From an uncultured delta proteobacterium (lineage in GTDB: Bacteria > Desulfobacterota > Desulfomonilia > Desulfomonilales > Desulfomonilaceae), in NCBI GenBank assembly GCA_963789265.1, contig CAWBKB010000003.1, positions 480,001 to 544,000 of the forward strand: DNA of 64,000 bases, written 5' to 3'. Positions 59,836-64,000 of the stretch are shown here, piece after piece; the stretch's first letter is position 1, and every line of letters begins with the position of its first letter. Made by a program: the position numbers and the translations under genes. The notes below the pieces were generated by a model. That model worked only from the letters and a program-made list of their open reading frames with translations, searched no databases and was not told where the DNA came from.

Positions 59836-60305
59836 CCGAATTCCTCCACGCGGCCCGTTCGCCATCATTGCCCCCAGCCGCAACCAGCTTGTTAGGTAAG
59901 AATTCTTTCTACGTTTTTGTAATTCGTGCACCGCACTTCGATGCAAAAACAATCGCGTTGGCCCCTCCCCCGTTCCCTTAATACGGACAAGATTTTTTGC
60001 GAAAAGTTTCTTTGCAACGAGCTAGCTGGTGATTATCGGACACCGCCAGGAAGTCAGGATCGAAGAACTCCTTCGCACGCCGCCATCACTTCACTTAAAA
60101 CGAGTGCCTTGACCGAAATTTCAGCAAACTTTTAACGAAGACAGGCAAATTTCGTCAAATTAAGCAGGAAGTCGACGAAGAGGCAACTTGAAAATTCGGA
60201 CCCTCTAGCGGTCCTCCTAGATACTTTCGGTGTACAAAACCTTGGACGGTGAGAATATGAGCCGTCAAAAGACACGTACTTCGGAAAGAAGAAGGAATAC
60301 GGTCG

Positions 60306-60737
60306 ATGAGAAGTATAACAGTCCTTGCAGCAGTCGCTTTCGCGGCTTTTGTAGTGGTAATGGGCCATGCCGGTCCCGCTTACTCCGCACAGTCCACGGT
60401 AGCCGTGAGCAATTTGGGGACGGCCGTGGACACAGTTGTCGGCACTCAAAGCACAGTGCCGGCTCAACAGGTCAGGGGTGCGATGCGCGGCGGAGGTGGC
60501 ATGCACTTCGGTGGCGCTCGCATGAGAGGCTTCCGCTCAGGCGGTTTCCGATCTTTCCATGCTGCTCGATTCAATCGGTTCAATCGGTTCAATCGATTTC
60601 ATCGGTTCCGCTTCAGACACCGTCGTTTCTTTAGACCATTCGTCTTCGGTTCGGTTGCTGCACCGTATTACAGCAGTTATTACAATGACTGCGTTTGGGA
60701 TGGGTACCAATGGGTATGCGGCGATGACCTCTATTGA
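60306..60737 (+). CDS. Secreted Gly/Arg/Phe-rich low-complexity protein
   Basis: AAGGA RBS, signal peptide, GGGGMHFGG, RFNRFNRFNRFHRFRFRHRRFF, CVWDGYQWVC. Confidence 0.75.
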   Translation: MRSITVLAAVAFAAFVVVMGHAGPAYSAQSTVAVSNLGTAVDTVVGTQSTVPAQQVRGAMRGGGGMHFGGARMRGFRSGGFRSFHAARFNRFNRFNRFHRFRFRHRRFFRPFVFGSVAAPYYSSYYNDCVWDGYQWVCGDDLY

Positions 60738-61034
60738 TCGGAGGATCAATCTGTCTGATATGGGATGTGAGGTCGAGTGAGCAGTAGATGGAAGTATCGG
60801 TTAGGCAGCACCGGTGGTTGGGAAAGTAATCTGTTACTTGGTCACGGTTTGTTTTGCAGGTCAAGTTCGCAAAACTAATTGTCGTTTGGCCCACATCTTC
60901 CTGCCTTTTAGGGAGCAGAACGTGGGTCATGGAGTACGAGACGTAGCAATAGAAAGAGATTCACTGGTGTTGGATGCAACCAACCGCTGGTTCCAATGTC
61001 TGCTACTTTAGCATAGGTACAATTTCTTATGTAA

Positions 61035-63224
61035 TCAATTAAGCTGCTGTGAGGGCTTTTTCCCATCAGCGAGGGGGAAGTCCACTACAAATTCCGAACC
61101 GCTATTGTGGGTACAATCCGCAATGGATTTGCAGTGTTCGCAATACTCCACGTCGCCAGGCGATCTCGTCCCAAAATCGTCGAGGAGCGGACACCGCTGA
61201 CTCTTGAAGGACAGCTTGAAGCCGTAAAGCTCGGAAAACATCCTGATGCGCAACAGGTCGATCCCCTTGCCGCCCGCATTGAAGGAGTACGGTCGCCTAC
61301 TGGAATAACTATCGGTCTCCTGAACCGGATAGAAACCTTCAAAGATCAATTCCTTATCCTTTTCCGGAATTCCTATGCCCGTGTCTTTGACCGTGAAGAT
61401 ATACCTATCCCCCTTCACGCGGCCTGTTACGCTGACAACTCCGTGGTCCGGAGTGGCCTCGACAGCATTGCGAATCAGTCCCTCCATTATTGCGTGCAGC
61501 ACGTGTCCGGGAATCAACAATTCCGCATGATTTTCAAGGTAAAAATTCAGATTAACCTTTCGGCCCTCATGTTCCGTTTTCGAAAGTATATAATCATAAA
61601 CCTTAGCACCGAATGCCTTAACGTTGATGCGTTCCGGCTCGTCCTGCCTCGTGGGAAAGGTCTTCTCCAGCCACTTGTGAATCACCGACGTGGCCTGTTT
61701 AATCTCGGGCGTCCATTCTGTCTGGACTTCCATCAGGTCCAAGGCTGCCTGCAGGAAGCCTGTAATATAGCGTCGCTCCCATGAATAACCGGTCATCAGG
61801 ATACTTTCCACCTGAGATTCCAGCCTGTTGAGGCTCTGGACATGTCTGTTCATTCGTGCCAGCGCACGATCGAAATCCGTTAGACCCATGCCGTTGAGCC
61901 TCTTTTCCATCGTGACGAGCGTGCCTCTTATAATTGCAAGTGGAGTTCTCAGCTCATGGGATAGATGGTTCAAGATCTTGGATTTGACACGGTTCAGGTC
62001 CTCCAATTCCCGATAGGAATTCATCAACTCGTCGAAAAACGTGGCATTCTCAAGGGCCAACGCCACAACTCCGGCCAAAGACGACAGCACCTGAACGTCT
62101 TCTTCGGTGAAATCGCTGTCTTTCTTGTTGATTACTACCAGAGCGCCGATTGTTTTTTCGCGGGTATTAAGCGGGACAATGATCTCATTGCGGATAACAA
62201 AACCGGTTCGGGTCTCAAACGGCTTAAAAAATTGCGGGTTGTGTATCGGATTGTTAACCATGGCAGGTTCGCCGGTTTGGAAGACCTGGCCGCTTATGCT
62301 CTTGTCCAATGGCAACCGTAAGTCTGAGCTGTGTGGAGGGATCAGGCCCTTATCATCTTGAACTTCACGCCAATAGAGGTCTCCTCGGCTCTCGTCGTAC
62401 AAGAGAAGCCCCGCGGCTTCTGTACCTAAGGCGGTCCTGAGTTCGGTTACCACGACAGAAAGAAGATGGTCCAGATCCAGTGTTGTTGTAAGAGCCATAC
62501 TGGACCGGTACAGCATCTCCAGGTCATCCCGTGATTTTTGCAGCTTTTTGTAAACTGTAGCGTTTTCTATGGCCAAAGCAATGCTACCCGCCATCGAACT
62601 CGCAAGGGCCTCATCCTGTTCCGTAAAATCTCCGCCGATCTTATTCATGACCATAAGTACACCAATGGTCTTCTCGCGGCCGTCAAGAGGCACCTGCAAT
62701 GTTTTGCGGTTAGAGGCGTCAGTATAACCCGGCAGGCGATAGTACATTTCTCTTGTGTTTAGGGGAACTTGAAGGACGTTGCGAATATTAAAGCCGCTCT
62801 TTCGCGTCATTTCCGGATAGTAGCGGGGATCCTTGGAGGTATCGTTTACTCTGGCCGGCTTGTTATGCCGGAACACCCAGCCTGCGATGCTTCCCTCCAG
62901 CGGCAGCCTCAAGTCTTCGGATTGAGGTGCGAGAATATGCCTCGCATCGCGAATCTGCCGCCAGTATAGATCCCCATGACGTTCGTCATAGAGGAGCACA
63001 CCCGCGCCTTCGCTAAGCAACGCCTTGTTCACCTCATCGATGACGATAGCCAACAGCTTATCCAGATCCATTGTGGAGGCAAGGGCCTGGGAAATGTTGC
63101 AGAGGATGGACAGGTCGAAAAGTTCGTGGTCCTCCATGTCCATGGCGTTGTCGATCAGGTCGCCGGCTATCTTCTCCAATTCCTTGACTCTTCGTTCCAA
63201 TTCCTCGTATGTCGGCTTCGCCAT
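61035..63224 (-). CDS. Cytoplasmic GAF-GAF histidine kinase
   Basis: MAKPTYEELERRVKELE, two GAF domains, LSHELRTPL, RNAVEA, DTGIGI. Confidence 0.92.
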   Translation of the reverse strand: MAKPTYEELERRVKELEKIAGDLIDNAMDMEDHELFDLSILCNISQALASTMDLDKLLAIVIDEVNKALLSEGAGVLLYDERHGDLYWRQIRDARHILAPQSEDLRLPLEGSIAGWVFRHNKPARVNDTSKDPRYYPEMTRKSGFNIRNVLQVPLNTREMYYRLPGYTDASNRKTLQVPLDGREKTIGVLMVMNKIGGDFTEQDEALASSMAGSIALAIENATVYKKLQKSRDDLEMLYRSSMALTTTLDLDHLLSVVVTELRTALGTEAAGLLLYDESRGDLYWREVQDDKGLIPPHSSDLRLPLDKSISGQVFQTGEPAMVNNPIHNPQFFKPFETRTGFVIRNEIIVPLNTREKTIGALVVINKKDSDFTEEDVQVLSSLAGVVALALENATFFDELMNSYRELEDLNRVKSKILNHLSHELRTPLAIIRGTLVTMEKRLNGMGLTDFDRALARMNRHVQSLNRLESQVESILMTGYSWERRYITGFLQAALDLMEVQTEWTPEIKQATSVIHKWLEKTFPTRQDEPERINVKAFGAKVYDYILSKTEHEGRKVNLNFYLENHAELLIPGHVLHAIMEGLIRNAVEATPDHGVVSVTGRVKGDRYIFTVKDTGIGIPEKDKELIFEGFYPVQETDSYSSRRPYSFNAGGKGIDLLRIRMFSELYGFKLSFKSQRCPLLDDFGTRSPGDVEYCEHCKSIADCTHNSGSEFVVDFPLADGKKPSQQLN

Positions 63225-63265
63225 AAATAGCCCTCCACTCTCTATTCGGAGAGAGTTCACCCCAT

Positions 63266-64000
63266 TCAGTCGGTCGATGCCTGGATCGCGGCTCGGCATA
63301 TATCTCGAAAGTTGTTCACGCCGGTGAAGAATTCCCGCATCATGATTACCCACAGATAACGGCCTTTCCGTGTGAGCCGGATAATCCCATGGTCATTGAC
63401 GAGCGCTCCGGCAAGACGGAAGAGGAATATCTCCTTCCCTAAGGTCTTCATGAACTCTCCGTGGAATTTATCTTCCTCCTTTTCGATGTCAAGGGAAGTG
63501 CCGAACAGCTTCATCATAAAATCGTAGCGTACGCGCTCCTTTCTCGAGAAATCTCTCTTCGCGAGAATCGGCCATTCCCCTTTTTGCACAAACGTCAAAT
63601 AATGGGGCACAGAAAAGGTATTTGCAAAGCAGGCTCCATTGACGTAGCCGAACGATCCGCTGCCGGCACCCACGTATTCGCCGTAATCAACGATGTACTC
63701 GTCAATCATGCTTTTCTTTCTGGAAAAACACCAGGCGGTTCCCCAGGTGTAATCGACTTCCAGCATCTCCACGATTCTGTTGTAGAAGATCTTTTCCTGA
63801 CGATAGCTTATGGAACCGAATCGCCTTGCCAGCTCGGCGCGCGTAATGTCCGATACCATGAGCGGATAGAAAGTCACTTGATCGGCCTCGATGTTCTTTA
63901 TGACCTCCAAGTCCCTCTCCAGCATCGATTCTGTCTGAGTTGGAAAATTGAAGATCATGTCCACGTTCAGAGTGTCGAACGTGCCCGCATATTTTACCAG
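63266..64000 (-). CDS. menK: HemN-like class C radical SAM enzyme, probably menaquinone methyltransferase MenK/MqnK (5' end outside window)
   Basis: NVDMIFNFP.QT, QVTFYPLM, MIDEYIVD..EYVGAGSGSF, KGRYLWVIMMREFF.GVNNFR. Confidence 0.7.
   Translation of the reverse strand: MVKYAGTFDTLNVDMIFNFPTQTESMLERDLEVIKNIEADQVTFYPLMVSDITRAELARRFGSISYRQEKIFYNRIVEMLEVDYTWGTAWCFSRKKSMIDEYIVDYGEYVGAGSGSFGYVNGACFANTFSVPHYLTFVQKGEWPILAKRDFSRKERVRYDFMMKLFGTSLDIEKEEDKFHGEFMKTLGKEIFLFRLAGALVNDHGIIRLTRKGRYLWVIMMREFFTGVNNFRDICRAAIQASTD

Noticed and set aside
60567..60609. Phase-variable repeat
   Set aside because: A 9-bp unit preserves the reading frame, so it cannot switch the gene on or off.

Overview
Bacterial window from an anaerobic deltaproteobacterium, probably Desulfomonile-like (inferred from gene families). 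No rRNA, tRNA or CRISPR was seen. In order: an IS66 transposase cut by the left edge; an inverse-autotransporter-like gene and a porin-like gene; a GC-rich catabolic operon (OYE, SDR, acetoacetate-decarboxylase-like, 3-hydroxyacyl-CoA dehydrogenase); an IS1380 remnant; tmk, an alcohol dehydrogenase and a four-repeat secreted protein; mtnP, ade and a diguanylate cyclase; a 13-kb oxygen/nitrosative-defence island (perR, rbr, dfx, TlpA, Prx, octaheme Hao-like cytochrome, rubredoxins, flavodoxins, flavodiiron protein, cydAB, tpx); ispG and rmlACB; a sigma54 two-component locus with a receiver-domain-containing Lon, a TauE permease and a USP-like gene sharing a GTTGCA-N3-TGCAAC motif; a class III PHA cluster with a second Cys-type synthase-like gene; a GAF kinase; and a MenK-like radical SAM gene cut by the right edge. 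About eight genes carry single-base frameshifts, most likely assembly indels. Intergenic DNA holds many nested REP/MITE-like repeats.
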